A DNA stretch of 64,000 bases from Promethearchaeota archaeon (GTDB taxonomy: Archaea; Asgardarchaeota; Hermodarchaeia; Hermodarchaeales; Hermodarchaeaceae), in assembly GCA_048938295.1 (NCBI GenBank), contig JBHLMI010000011.1:1337-65336 (forward strand), given 5' to 3'. This document shows, in pieces, positions 39,305 to 49,625 of the stretch; the stretch's first letter is position 1; every line of letters starts with the position of its first letter. The notes under the pieces were generated by a model. It did no database searches. It was given only the letters and a program-made list of their open reading frames with translations, and was not told where the DNA came from. The translations under genes and the position numbers were made by a program.

Positions 39305-40519
39305 TTACAGTGTTTTGCGCTGCATTGTTTCTTTGAGAAGGATTGAGATGAGTAACGCGAGCAGGTCGAGGACGAGAAGGAGCATCATGGCCCAGAAGAA
39401 GGAGTAGAATAGCGAATTTACCAAATCCATTGCGAGAATAAGGACGATGCCACCGGCTTGCCCAAAGATCATAAGAACGCCAGCAGAGGTGCCTTCAGGA
39501 ATGGGTTTTGTCATTTCAGCCCCCGTTTGCAGTCCCAAGGGTAATGCGGGCATGAGGAAAAATCCTAACAGGAAGGCGGATACTAGTAGTACGATGTAAT
39601 CGGGATGATAGGCTAGCATGAAGGTGAAAGGTGCGGCAAGTAAGAGGGCGAGGATGATAAACGGTTTACGACGCTGATATTTATCGGACAAAGTGGGAAT
39701 GATTACCGCTCCGATGATGCCCCCAAGAATGATGATGGCACCTACTATTCCTGCTTGAGTGATATCAATAACTCGTCCTGCAAGAATTTGTTCAATCCAT
39801 GTAGCAATGCCGTTAAAGATGCCCAAACCAACGAAGAAGAGCACTATCAGAATAATGAATTGTCTGATTCCGATGATTTGACGAAGCCCTTTGAGCATCT
39901 TTTCGTCTTCGGGTTCATCGAGTTCCGGAGGAGACGGCGGGTGCTCTTTAGCGACGAATAGAAACAAAACCGCTGCGATGACAGCGATCACCGCATAGCT
40001 GAGCATGGTATAAAAGAACCCAATGCCGACAACCGCAAAGGGGGTGACTAATAATCCAAGCATAATTCCAAGAAAAATGGCCATTGTACCTAATCCCGTG
40101 GCAAGGCCCCGCTCCTTTGCCGGAAACCAACGGCGCGCAATTTTGGTAGGGCTGTTAAAGACAAAGGGTTGTCCAATTGCGATACCGCCTGATAAGGCCA
40201 ATAAGAGAAGATAGTTGGGGGCAAATACGCGAAATACAGCAAATACTGCGGTGATTATTGCACCGACACCAGCGGCGTATCGAAAGCCTTTACTGTCGAT
40301 TAGATACGCCGAGGGGATCGAGACCGGGATGTAGACAGCCATGAAAATTAGTGAAAGCAGTGCCACATCGAGCTCGGTCACCCCGTAGAGACTGGCGACC
40401 ATTGAAGAAATCGGTGCAAAGGTGATCCATAAGATCTGTGTAACTGCTGCAATGAACATAAACACTAACAAAACAATCCAGCGATATCCATAAACAGGCG
40501 CTTCTGTTGCTTTAGTCAC
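39305..40519 (-). CDS. MFS transporter
   Basis: 404 aa, 12 TM, two 6-TM halves. Confidence 0.8.
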   Translation of the reverse strand: MTKATEAPVYGYRWIVLLVFMFIAAVTQILWITFAPISSMVASLYGVTELDVALLSLIFMAVYIPVSIPSAYLIDSKGFRYAAGVGAIITAVFAVFRVFAPNYLLLLALSGGIAIGQPFVFNSPTKIARRWFPAKERGLATGLGTMAIFLGIMLGLLVTPFAVVGIGFFYTMLSYAVIAVIAAVLFLFVAKEHPPSPPELDEPEDEKMLKGLRQIIGIRQFIILIVLFFVGLGIFNGIATWIEQILAGRVIDITQAGIVGAIIILGGIIGAVIIPTLSDKYQRRKPFIILALLLAAPFTFMLAYHPDYIVLLVSAFLLGFFLMPALPLGLQTGAEMTKPIPEGTSAGVLMIFGQAGGIVLILAMDLVNSLFYSFFWAMMLLLVLDLLALLISILLKETMQRKTL

Positions 40520-40617
40520 GAAATAACCACCTAGACAACCTGGTCTACGATTCGAATCAATAGACTACTAGTCACAAATGGGCTAGGACTTTCTAATATA
40601 CCTAGCTATCTTCGTGT

Positions 40618-41313
40618 TCACAGGGATTCAGGCTGCTCTTTTTTCAGCCATTCTCGTAAGAAGCTAAGCATCCGCTTGTTGGCTAGAGAAGCTGCAGCTG
40701 CATTGTAAGCGTCTTTTACATCTTCTTCGAAGAACCAATGAGACGTGTGGGGATATTCATGAAAGTCGATTACCCCTCGTCCCGCAGCTAAGCGTGTTCG
40801 CAGTTTTTGCATGGCCTCCGGTCCTGACCCCCATTCATCATTTTCCGCAAAATGCCCTTGAACGGGAATCGTAAATTCTCGGAATAGACCTCCTGCAACA
40901 CCATAGAACAAAACCACCGCACCGACATCTTTTGCCTTTGTTCGAGCAAGATTCATTGCAAAGCGCACACCCAACGAAAAGCCAATAATGCCGATTTTCT
41001 CACCATCCACTGCAGGATGGGATTTCATGAACTCCGCAGCCATTTTGACCTGTTTCTCTGCCTCCTTTCGATCCAGTTGGCCACTGAGCGCTTTCGCCGT
41101 TTCTACGCTAGTGGCTACCTGCCCATTATAATAATCTGGAGCAAACGTGATAAACCCCTCTCCGGCCAACCGCTTGGCAAGACCTTTAAAGAATTCATTC
41201 AGGCCCCACCATGCAGGTAACAGCAAGAGACCAGGTCCTGACTGATTCTTTGGGAACGTTAGAACACCGGCGACTGGGCTCTCAAGAAACTGGAAAATTA
41301 CAGTAGAAGTCAT
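40618..41313 (-). CDS. dienelactone hydrolase-family alpha/beta hydrolase
   Basis: GIIGFSLGVRFAM nucleophile elbow; DLH-like size and layout. Confidence 0.7.
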   Translation of the reverse strand: MTSTVIFQFLESPVAGVLTFPKNQSGPGLLLLPAWWGLNEFFKGLAKRLAGEGFITFAPDYYNGQVATSVETAKALSGQLDRKEAEKQVKMAAEFMKSHPAVDGEKIGIIGFSLGVRFAMNLARTKAKDVGAVVLFYGVAGGLFREFTIPVQGHFAENDEWGSGPEAMQKLRTRLAAGRGVIDFHEYPHTSHWFFEEDVKDAYNAAAASLANKRMLSFLREWLKKEQPESL

Positions 41314-41386
41314 GATATTGTTCCCTCCCTCAAACCGTTATCTACTTTTTCCACTAGATTTTGAAGACAGTGCGGTTGGTCCAACT

Positions 41387-42211
41387 TTATCGGTGCCTGG
41401 TTTCTACTCTATCGAGCCATTCGTTCACTAGACTGTTGAACAGTGTTGGTTGTTCCAGTTGGAGCGCATGACCGGCTTGGTCGAGTACCGCGAAGGTCGC
41501 TCGGGGGTAATTTTCAAGGATAGTCCAAGCATCGCGGTAACCCACCCAATGATCTTGGCGGCCTACAATAATCAGAGTTGGTTTGTCAAAACGAAATTCG
41601 GGGGGATTGAGCGTGAAGCTGAATTTATCCTTTCGTGGGTCCAATCGTGCTAGAAACGTCGTGTCAGCGATTTTCACAGCGGGAGTGATTTCTTGGGAAT
41701 AGCGGTGCCAATGATTGCGTGTCTGTATCACCGCTACTTCCATGAACCCTTCACGGTCTTGCGGGGGTAATTCTGCTAAGAAATCCTTCTCCCGTACAAT
41801 CACGGTTTTTGTGGGAAGGGCTCTTTGTTTGGGATTCCCAATGGTGCGGGGCACGATTAAGAGAAGCCCGTTTACCCGGTCAGGTTTCTTATTGACTAGC
41901 CCTTGCGCAAGATACCCTCCATAGGAAAGCCCAGCTACGACAAATTGCTCCTTGGGAATTATTTTGTCGATAAAACCAAACAAGAGCTCTAATACGTCAT
42001 TCGAGGTTTTTATCCAGTCAATTCCGGGTGTTTTTCCATGTCCCGGTAAATCAGGATAGATTCGCTGCCATCTCTTTCGGGACTTGAATATTGGCTCCAA
42101 TGATCCAACCATTGAGCGATGGTCAAGGGTAGAACCATGAAGTGAGATAATTGGGGTGCCTTCTCCAAAGACTTTGTAGTGAATAGGGACATCTCGCACT
42201 TCGCATATCAT
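41387..42211 (-). CDS. alpha/beta hydrolase fold protein
   Basis: HGSTLDHRS N-terminal oxyanion region, VVAGLSYGGYLAQ GxSxG motif. Confidence 0.75.
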   Translation of the reverse strand: MICEVRDVPIHYKVFGEGTPIISLHGSTLDHRSMVGSLEPIFKSRKRWQRIYPDLPGHGKTPGIDWIKTSNDVLELLFGFIDKIIPKEQFVVAGLSYGGYLAQGLVNKKPDRVNGLLLIVPRTIGNPKQRALPTKTVIVREKDFLAELPPQDREGFMEVAVIQTRNHWHRYSQEITPAVKIADTTFLARLDPRKDKFSFTLNPPEFRFDKPTLIIVGRQDHWVGYRDAWTILENYPRATFAVLDQAGHALQLEQPTLFNSLVNEWLDRVETRHR

Positions 42212-42387
42212 CGATTACACCTCACTTGATGAAATGGGTAACAGACACAGGTAATCTATCTTGTGATACATACTATTGGACTTTTCTTAAACCATAATCT
42301 GATTTCATTTGCCAGATAGATGAAAACGACGACTAGCGTGATGAACAGGATAACACAGCACTCAAGAAGCTATTGACCAGCAAAGGA

Positions 42388-43323
42388 TTACCGTGGTTTG
42401 TAAAGGTCTGTGCTCAAGTATTTTAGCCCTGAATCGTTTAGCAACGTGACGACGGTGGCTTTCGGTCCTAATGTTTTCGCGATCCTAATGGCTGCTACCA
42501 CATTGGCACCTGACGAAGTACCTGCGAAGAGTCCTTCCTCTCGTGCTAAGTGTTGAGCCATCTCTTTGGCTTCCTGTGTGGAAACTCGCATTATCTCATC
42601 AATCAAACTGGGCTTCCACAACGGGGGTATAAACCCAATACCGATTCCATCGATACCATGAGCTCCCCTGCTCCCACCAGACAACACAGGTGATTCGTTC
42701 GGTTCAACAGCTACTATTTTCACATCTGGATGCTGCTTTTTCAAAACCATCGCGGTTCCCATGAGCGATCCTGCCGTCCCAACGACTTGGACAAAGGCAT
42801 CAACCGTTCCCTCTGTTTGCTCCCAAATTTCTTCACCGAGGGCAAAATATCCGGAGATCTGGTCTTGGTTATACAGTTGATTTGTCCAGTAGGTTTCAGG
42901 TGTTTCACTAATTTTGCGCGCTTTTTCAATCATTGCCTCAATTAATTCCTTGGTTATCCCGCGTCCATGACTCGGAATAACTGTTACTTCCGCACCTAAA
43001 GCCTGCATATGATCCAGTTTATCACGACTAAAGGCATCCGAAGAGATTATCCGAAGCCGATACCCTTTCGCTGCACAAATAAATGCTAACGATGTGCCCG
43101 TACTTCCCCCGGTATATTCAACTACCGTTCCACCCGGTTTCAACCGCCCATCTTGTTCGGCTTTAACAATCATTGCTTGTGCCATACGATCTTTCATGCT
43201 CCCCGTTGGGTTTTCCCACTCCAACTTTACAAGCACACGGGCATATCCCTTTGGAACCACTTGCTGCAACTGCACCAATGAAGTATTCCCAATGGCGGCT
43301 AGAATATTCGCTTCACTTTTCAC
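42388..43323 (-). CDS. cysK: PLP-dependent cysteine synthase (O-acetylserine sulfhydrylase family)
   Basis: KLEWENPTGSMKDRMAQAMI PLP-lysine motif; glycine loop GGSTGTSLA. Confidence 0.85.
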   Translation of the reverse strand: MKSEANILAAIGNTSLVQLQQVVPKGYARVLVKLEWENPTGSMKDRMAQAMIVKAEQDGRLKPGGTVVEYTGGSTGTSLAFICAAKGYRLRIISSDAFSRDKLDHMQALGAEVTVIPSHGRGITKELIEAMIEKARKISETPETYWTNQLYNQDQISGYFALGEEIWEQTEGTVDAFVQVVGTAGSLMGTAMVLKKQHPDVKIVAVEPNESPVLSGGSRGAHGIDGIGIGFIPPLWKPSLIDEIMRVSTQEAKEMAQHLAREEGLFAGTSSGANVVAAIRIAKTLGPKATVVTLLNDSGLKYLSTDLYKPR

Positions 43324-43420
43324 GCAGCCAACCAGCTACCTCCAACTGCGTCTCTAAAGCCTAAATATCTTATTCCAAGTTAATGACGCAACAGTAGGCC
43401 ATTATGTTGCGTTTCGAAGA

Positions 43421-43472
43421 CATACATGCCTAGGATTTTTCAAATGATGCGAAAATTAGCGTTGTTTCAAGT
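43421..43472 (+). repeat. copy of conserved intergenic element
   Basis: GTTTCGAAGACATACATGCCTAGGATTTTTCAAATGATGCGAAAATTAGCGTTGTTTCAAG. Confidence 0.65.
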
Positions 43473-44701
43473 CATTCAGTGGGTTTTATGCGTAATCTGT
43501 AGAGGAGTAACAAAAGGGGAATTAACAGGAGGCTGCCACTAGCAATAAGGAATGCATAGAGGTAATTATTTCCACTGGCTGCAAGGAGAAAACCAACAGT
43601 GATTGGTCCCAGGACTTGTCCTACATCCATAATGGTGCTGAGAAGCCCGAGTGCTGTGCCTTTCAATTTGTGGTGCACCACCTCGGTGATAAACGGGATA
43701 GTTGCAGAAACTACCCCTGCCATCGCTAACGCCATGGGAACGATTACACCGATTTGAATCAGAGGATAGGGAAGCAACACCAGCAAGATAGTGAATACAC
43801 ACATCGCAATAAGTCCCCCAATAATGAATACCTGTCGCCCATATCGATCGGATAACGCTCCGAGGGCTGGGCTTGAAAACAGGAGTATAGCGGTAAATAG
43901 GGATAAGAGGGGGCCGGTCATCCACTCAGCAATTCCGGCGTTGGTCGTCCAGTAGAGGGGCATGAAAAATTCGAAAGCCCCATACAGGAAGAACACAGCC
44001 GCTTGAGCCAAGCAAATTAACAACACCTGGACGGTTGTGACCTGTCGTAACATTGCAAAGTTCATTCTTTCTTCAGAAACCGGCTCAAAATCCTGCCTGT
44101 GCTTCGTGGTAAGTGAGAACACAAGCGTTAATCCAAGCGCAATGAGGCCGAATACGCCACATGCCAAGTAGACTCCTTGGTACACATTGAGGCTCAGTAC
44201 AGCGAATATCGGGAACGCCAGTAACAGTCCTCCTACGAGGGGAGCCAGCATGCGACCCACACGTGTTGATGAGGAATAGGTAGCCATCCGCTCTCCACGA
44301 CGGCTCGTATACAAACCCGCCACTATTGCTAGGGCAATCGGACCAAGAATAGCGGTCGCGAATCCGTGTAGAAATCGCACCCAGAAGAGCTGCTGCGGTG
44401 TAATAATGGGGAGATACAAGAAGGGAACAAATGCTACAAGTAGGATTGAAATCCAAAGCATCCCGCGTGGTCCTTTTCGATCTGCTACCATTCCTGCCGG
44501 GATACTGACGAGAATTCCTGGAATTGTCGAAGCAGCTGCAATGAATCCCATCTGCTCAGGGGAAGCACCCAGAAATCCAGCAAAAAAGGGCAGCACAGGT
44601 GACTTGGACATCGTCGTACTCAAAATTGCGACTGCACCAATAGCCGAAAGCAGCACCATGGGGGTGAAGGTCTGAGATTTCGACCCCGATTCCTGTGCCA
44701 T
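43472..44701 (-). CDS. MFS transporter
   Basis: 409 aa, 12 TM, GMVADRKGPRG loop motif. Confidence 0.8.
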   Translation of the reverse strand: MAQESGSKSQTFTPMVLLSAIGAVAILSTTMSKSPVLPFFAGFLGASPEQMGFIAAASTIPGILVSIPAGMVADRKGPRGMLWISILLVAFVPFLYLPIITPQQLFWVRFLHGFATAILGPIALAIVAGLYTSRRGERMATYSSSTRVGRMLAPLVGGLLLAFPIFAVLSLNVYQGVYLACGVFGLIALGLTLVFSLTTKHRQDFEPVSEERMNFAMLRQVTTVQVLLICLAQAAVFFLYGAFEFFMPLYWTTNAGIAEWMTGPLLSLFTAILLFSSPALGALSDRYGRQVFIIGGLIAMCVFTILLVLLPYPLIQIGVIVPMALAMAGVVSATIPFITEVVHHKLKGTALGLLSTIMDVGQVLGPITVGFLLAASGNNYLYAFLIASGSLLLIPLLLLLYRLRIKPTE

Positions 44702-45240
44702 TATAAAGATCCCCCCGGAATTGATGGAGGCAATCGCTCACGCAACGTGGTATAGATCAGGTGGAACCGCTCTTCACGGTTCAACGGAACCAATTGTTCA
44801 TGAAGTTCTTCACGAACCCGACGCAACAGCAACCCAGCATATAATGCATCCAATACAGTCAAGCCCTTTTGTACCGCGTCCTGGTCGTTGTCACCCAGAA
44901 ACGCTAAACCACTCAATGTCAACTCCACTCCACGCGCATCCGGAGCCCTATCCAAATCTTTCTGAATATCCGCTGAATGAATTATTGCGGCCATATCCTG
45001 CAACACCGGATCTGTCAGCGCATAGTGCTTCACTAACACCTCGAAGGTACACATGTTATCGTGATGGGTAAAAGGAATATCTAGGTCAGGAAAATCAAAC
45101 GGCGTTCCATCCTCCTCAGCAAGTACTGCACCTGGCCACGACACAAACTTGAACTCCGCATCTAGATCAATAAACCGTTTTATCAACCACGGACATGCCA
45201 CCCGATCTACATGTACATGGGCACGCGTAACCCAACGCAT
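44701..45240 (-). CDS. chromate-resistance (ChrB C-terminal / Chrome_Resist) domain protein
   Basis: N-terminal WVTRAHVHVDRVACPWLIKRFIDLDAEFKFV resembles Chrome_Resist domain start. Confidence 0.55.
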   Translation of the reverse strand: MRWVTRAHVHVDRVACPWLIKRFIDLDAEFKFVSWPGAVLAEEDGTPFDFPDLDIPFTHHDNMCTFEVLVKHYALTDPVLQDMAAIIHSADIQKDLDRAPDARGVELTLSGLAFLGDNDQDAVQKGLTVLDALYAGLLLRRVREELHEQLVPLNREERFHLIYTTLRERLPPSIPGGSL

Positions 45241-45264
45241 AACAAGACCTCTAACAAATCAGGA

Positions 45265-45356
45265 AATACGATGACGCTACTTATACTCCTGAAATTAATA
45301 AAGCCAGCAGTTAGTATCCAATGATACCAATGACGTGAAAGATGATTTGTATTAAA
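45265..45356 (+). repeat. copy of conserved intergenic element (box2 strong, box1 degenerate)
   Basis: AATACGATGACgc...CCAATGACGTGAAAGATGATTTGTATTAAATCGC. Confidence 0.5.
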
Positions 45357-45391
45357 TCGCATTCTGAGAAAAATGCATAGACACAGCGGTT

Positions 45392-46042
45392 TTACTTTGG
45401 ATATCCTATTGTTTGTGCGAATAGTACCCTTTGGTTGGGTCGCAGGTTGAATTCCGTTGCGATACTAGCCGTATCACAATTATGGAACCAAGTTGCGAGT
45501 CCTTCTGACGCTGCAAAGAGGTAGATGTTTTGGGCAATAAAGCCGGTATCAGTGTAATAGTACGATTTCTGAACTTCAGAGTCTCCAATGCTTGGGTCTG
45601 GTTGGTTGGGTCCCAAATCATAGCGGGAAAAATTGACAACATAGAAGATATTTACGGGCGTTTTACTTGTGAGGCTCGCGGCCCGAGGGCTGCAGGAGAG
45701 GCTGCGAAAGTCCTTTGCGGAAATGGGGGTCAGTTGATGCGGACTTGCTTCGTACAAATAGAGGCCATCTTTCAATGCTACGTACAGGTCAATTTCTTGC
45801 GAATTGCTTGCTGAAGGCGCTGTCCGTCCAGGTTTGCTAAAAGCTCCCGTTTTACGGTTTACGCCAAAGGCTGCCCAAAGCAAGTTGGAAAGCACCTGAA
45901 GTGGGAGCTCTCTTGAGCTAATATTTCGGTCCGTCTGCCTGAGGTGCAAAGCCTCCAGTAACGTTTTCCCACCTGTTTTCTCAGGTTTTGGTAGAATAAT
46001 TGGTTCCATTTTACTCATCTTGTCTCCTAATTTTGTTCCCAT
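45392..46042 (-). CDS. SagB-type / nitroreductase-family dehydrogenase
   Basis: LLEALHLRQTDRNIS ... LLWAAFGVNRK ... LYLYEAS pattern typical of SagB/ThcOx nitroreductase-like proteins. Confidence 0.65.
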   Translation of the reverse strand: MGTKLGDKMSKMEPIILPKPEKTGGKTLLEALHLRQTDRNISSRELPLQVLSNLLWAAFGVNRKTGAFSKPGRTAPSASNSQEIDLYVALKDGLYLYEASPHQLTPISAKDFRSLSCSPRAASLTSKTPVNIFYVVNFSRYDLGPNQPDPSIGDSEVQKSYYYTDTGFIAQNIYLFAASEGLATWFHNCDTASIATEFNLRPNQRVLFAQTIGYPK

Positions 46043-46851
46043 TTTTGGTAGACCGCTTCGATGCCATCGCCTACGACTTCAATGTCGGTAATCTCGCCTA
46101 TGCCGGCTTCATGGAGCCACCTAACATGATCGATGGTATGGGGGTCGATGCCAATGCACCGGGCGGCGGTGGCGTCGGCAGCGACTGGGTCGACACTGGC
46201 GATGATGGTGTCCATCTTCACAGGGGTTCCACTCCATGGACCCGGACCTGATTTGCCGTAGAAGCCATCGATGACGCTGAGCGTGGGGGGGAGGGTCTTA
46301 CAGATATCGTAAACAAAGTTGTTCGTGCCGAGTGGGTGCAAGCCATATTTGTTCCGAATGGTGAGCATCCCGAACATATTCTTCAACCCCATCGTAATCG
46401 TGGTATGCTGCAAGGTCTTCATGGAAGGCACAGTGATAATGGCAGATTCGACGGCGAGTCGAGCCACTTTAAACTTCGCTAGCGCCTGGTGGTCTGTGAC
46501 CTCGAGTTCCACCTTATCTTTGAGCTTACGCATGTTGATGTACTCGGACCCCAAGCGTTCAATGACCTCCATCATTCCGGTCTCAACAATCGCGTCATCC
46601 GGTGAGGTGGTTCCTCCTTCGGTCTCTACCACGATCGCCTTTTTGTCTAGGTCCTGAACTTTCCTAATCACCGCCTCCACCACGACAGGATCCGTGGTGA
46701 TGCCGGTCTCAAAGGTGTGGTCAGTGATTAGATTGGGCTTAACTAAGACCGTATCATACGGCTTAAGGGCTTCTTGGAATGGAATTAGATCTATTGCCCG
46801 AAAGACCGGTTTAAGACTTCGTTCTCCCTTAACGACTGCGACCAATGACAT
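46027..46851 (-). CDS. DUF362-family protein
   Basis: VKGERSLKPVFRAIDL...VLVKPNLIT motif characteristic of DUF362. Confidence 0.5.
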   Translation of the reverse strand: MSLVAVVKGERSLKPVFRAIDLIPFQEALKPYDTVLVKPNLITDHTFETGITTDPVVVEAVIRKVQDLDKKAIVVETEGGTTSPDDAIVETGMMEVIERLGSEYINMRKLKDKVELEVTDHQALAKFKVARLAVESAIITVPSMKTLQHTTITMGLKNMFGMLTIRNKYGLHPLGTNNFVYDICKTLPPTLSVIDGFYGKSGPGPWSGTPVKMDTIIASVDPVAADATAARCIGIDPHTIDHVRWLHEAGIGEITDIEVVGDGIEAVYQKWEQN

Positions 46852-46942
46852 AACTCAATTTACAGACCATTAGCTATTAAAATTCAACATTGATGAGAAT
46901 GTCATTCTAAACCGTTCTTATTGTATTCAGCTAACCACAATT

Positions 46943-47347
46943 TTAGTCTTTGAGTGGCATAATTGTATACTTCACCTGAAGAAGGCCACGCATGGCACGG
47001 ATCCGACTTATGAACTCGGTTATGTCCTCGGCTTCTCCCTCGGCAATGAATACCTCAAGGCAATAGGCTTCACCGAGGTGCAAATGCATGTTACCCGACA
47101 CAATATGGCTGTAAGCATGACGGAGACGAGTTAATCGCTCATCCACTCCCTGCTGCTCGTGGGTCGAGATGGCCGTGATGGTGGCCGTAACCCGTCCTCC
47201 TTCAAACTTTTCAAGTTCAAATTCAGAAAGTGCGGTACGAACCGCATCTCGAATAGCCTCCGAACGACTAGAATAACCCCGTTCCTGCATGAATTGATCC
47301 AATTGCTTTAGGAGTTTGGTGGTCAGAGAAATGCTAATAATGGGCAT
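46943..47347 (-). CDS. nikR: nickel-responsive transcriptional regulator NikR
   Basis: N-terminal ribbon-helix-helix ISISLTTKLLKQLDQFMQERGYSSRSEAIRDAVR; C-terminal ACT-like domain with His/Cys ligands (HEQQ...HLHLGEAYC). Confidence 0.85.
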   Translation of the reverse strand: MPIISISLTTKLLKQLDQFMQERGYSSRSEAIRDAVRTALSEFELEKFEGGRVTATITAISTHEQQGVDERLTRLRHAYSHIVSGNMHLHLGEAYCLEVFIAEGEAEDITEFISRIRAMRGLLQVKYTIMPLKD

Positions 47348-47486
47348 GCCATCACCTTATTAATTCTTAGCATCGATTTTAATAAATATTATTAGGAATT
47401 TGCATTTTAATTAGCACTACCTTAATAGATTATACCAGCATCAGGTGAATTCAGACTAGACGTATTATGTCCTGGGGAAATCACTA

Positions 47487-49433
47487 GTGCCAGACCAGCG
47501 TTACGAAAATGGGAATAATTGCACAGTGTGCGAAGTAGCCTTTGAACCTGCCATTCACAGATCTTCGTTTTGGCGTGATTACCGGGTTCTCATTATTCTT
47601 GTCTCAACTGCGTTGTTTGCCTTGGGACTCATCGTCGATTTCGTCCTGCACCAGCAGCTCATCGCCTTTGCCCTGTACCTATTTGCGGTGGGTATTGCAG
47701 GGTATTCCATTGCTAAAGAGGGAATCAAAGCATTGATCTTCAAGCGACGGCTGAACATCGCCTTTCTAATGACAATCGCGGCCGTGGCCAGCTTCTTCAT
47801 TGGACATCCAGCGGAAGGTGCTGCTGTAATGGTGCTGTACTTCATTGCGGAGTTTCTTGAAATTAAGGCGAATGAGAATGCCCAGCGATCCGTCGCTTCC
47901 CTGATGAAGTTGGCACCGGAAACGGCGACTATAAAACGTGATGGCAAAGAATCCCGCGTTCATGTTCACGAAGTAAACCTCGATGAAATAGTGGTGGTTC
48001 GACCCGGTGAAAAAATCCCGTTAGATGGAATCGTTATCCAGGGATCGTCTAGTGTCAATCAAGCCCCCATTACTGGTGAATCGCTTCCAGTCGAAAAAGA
48101 AGCCAATGATGAGGTGTACGCAGGGACCATAAACAATGAAGGCTATCTCGAAATTCGAGTAACCCGATTATCGAATGAAACCGTGCTTGCCAAGATTTTG
48201 ACCATGGTTGAGGAGGCGCAAAAATCCAAATCTCCTATTGAACACTTCGTGGACAAGTTTGCGAAATATTATACACCCTCAGTCGTTGTCGTTGCGGTTG
48301 TTGTTGCAACGATTCCATCAATTCTTTTGGGTGCTCTTTGGATAGACTGGATCTATCGAGCCCTTATTCTTCTGGTAATATCTTGTCCTTGTGCTCTCGC
48401 TATCGGAACGCCGGTGGCGATGGTGTCAGCTTTGACGAGTGCAACGAAGCAAGGGGTGCTGATTAAAGGAAGTCGGTATATCGAAGCATTGGGCAACGTG
48501 AAGGTGGTCGCATTCGATAAGACCGGAACCTTGACTTCGGGTCAATTAGCGGTGACCGACGTTATTTCCTTTGACGAATCTGACGAATCGGTTCTCCGAG
48601 TGGCAGCGTCAATTGAGAGCTTCTCGGAGCACCCAATTAGTAAAGCAATTGTAGCGAAAGCCTTGAATCCCGGATTACAAGTCAGCGACGTGGATGATTT
48701 CACAACTATCACTGGACAAGGCGTCTCGGGCAGAATCGACACCGTACAATATTTTGTTGGAAGTGAACGGCTTTTCACTAAATTAGCTATCCCGTATCCT
48801 AAGAATCAAGTTCGGCATCTAGAGGAAGAAGGAAAAACAGTTATCCTGGTCGGTGATTCAGCGCGAGCGATTGGCGTAATTGCAATTCAGGATACGATTC
48901 GACCCTCCAGTATGAGTACCATTGCAACTCTGAAACAAATGGGGATCAAAACCGTCATGGTGACCGGCGATAATGAACACACTGCCGCGTTTATCGCCAA
49001 ACAAATCGGCATCGATGCGTTCTATGCAAATCTGATGCCTGAAGATAAAGTCAAGATTCTCGAAGAGTTGCAGCAACATTACGGGGCCATCGCAATGGTG
49101 GGAGATGGGGTGAATGATGCCCCCTCGCTAGCCACCGCGGATGTAGGCATTGCGATGGGAGCTATTGGAAGTGACGCGGCTATCGAAACCGCCGACATTG
49201 CATTAATGCATGATGATCTCGCAAAATTGCCCTATCTATTTGAACTGAGCCAAAAAACGCGAAGTATTGTTCGTCAAAATATCGGAACCGCATTAATTGT
49301 AAAATTTAGTCTGGCCGCTCTGGTCTTCCCGGGCTTAATCACTCTCTGGTTGGCGGTAGCCATCGGAGATATGGGCTTATCTTTAGCAGTTATACTCAAC
49401 GCGATGCGACTTTCCCGAGTAAGAGCTGAATGA
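47487..49433 (+). CDS. P1B-type heavy-metal (Zn/Cd/Co/Ni-class) P-type ATPase
   Basis: N-terminal CTVC metal-binding motif, CPC in TM6 (VISCPCALAIGTP), DKTGTLT, GDGVNDAPSL; GTG start. Confidence 0.9.
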   Translation: MPDQRYENGNNCTVCEVAFEPAIHRSSFWRDYRVLIILVSTALFALGLIVDFVLHQQLIAFALYLFAVGIAGYSIAKEGIKALIFKRRLNIAFLMTIAAVASFFIGHPAEGAAVMVLYFIAEFLEIKANENAQRSVASLMKLAPETATIKRDGKESRVHVHEVNLDEIVVVRPGEKIPLDGIVIQGSSSVNQAPITGESLPVEKEANDEVYAGTINNEGYLEIRVTRLSNETVLAKILTMVEEAQKSKSPIEHFVDKFAKYYTPSVVVVAVVVATIPSILLGALWIDWIYRALILLVISCPCALAIGTPVAMVSALTSATKQGVLIKGSRYIEALGNVKVVAFDKTGTLTSGQLAVTDVISFDESDESVLRVAASIESFSEHPISKAIVAKALNPGLQVSDVDDFTTITGQGVSGRIDTVQYFVGSERLFTKLAIPYPKNQVRHLEEEGKTVILVGDSARAIGVIAIQDTIRPSSMSTIATLKQMGIKTVMVTGDNEHTAAFIAKQIGIDAFYANLMPEDKVKILEELQQHYGAIAMVGDGVNDAPSLATADVGIAMGAIGSDAAIETADIALMHDDLAKLPYLFELSQKTRSIVRQNIGTALIVKFSLAALVFPGLITLWLAVAIGDMGLSLAVILNAMRLSRVRAE

Positions 49434-49625
49434 ACCATTTAGATAAAAAGTGCTCAAAGGAAGGAAAGAGCCTTTCACTACCGTAGGCGTTATCCGCTAT
49501 TCTCTTGGCCTTCGAAGACAAAATTCTTCGCGTATCACGGATTGCTGCCTTTTGAGGACCTTTTTTATACCAGCGTGACTTAACACTGTTAATACTAAAT
49601 ACTGTTAGGTTCATGGCGGCTTGCT

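Noticed and set aside
846-49545. Possibility that the repeated element is a CRISPR array, MITE or C/D-box sRNA
   Set aside because: Not CRISPR: spacing of kb, no uniform spacers, no cas genes. No terminal inverted repeats or target-site duplications visible for a MITE. Box 2 has AUGAUG but lacks D/D' CUGA boxes in the right places for a canonical C/D sRNA. Kept as a novel element.
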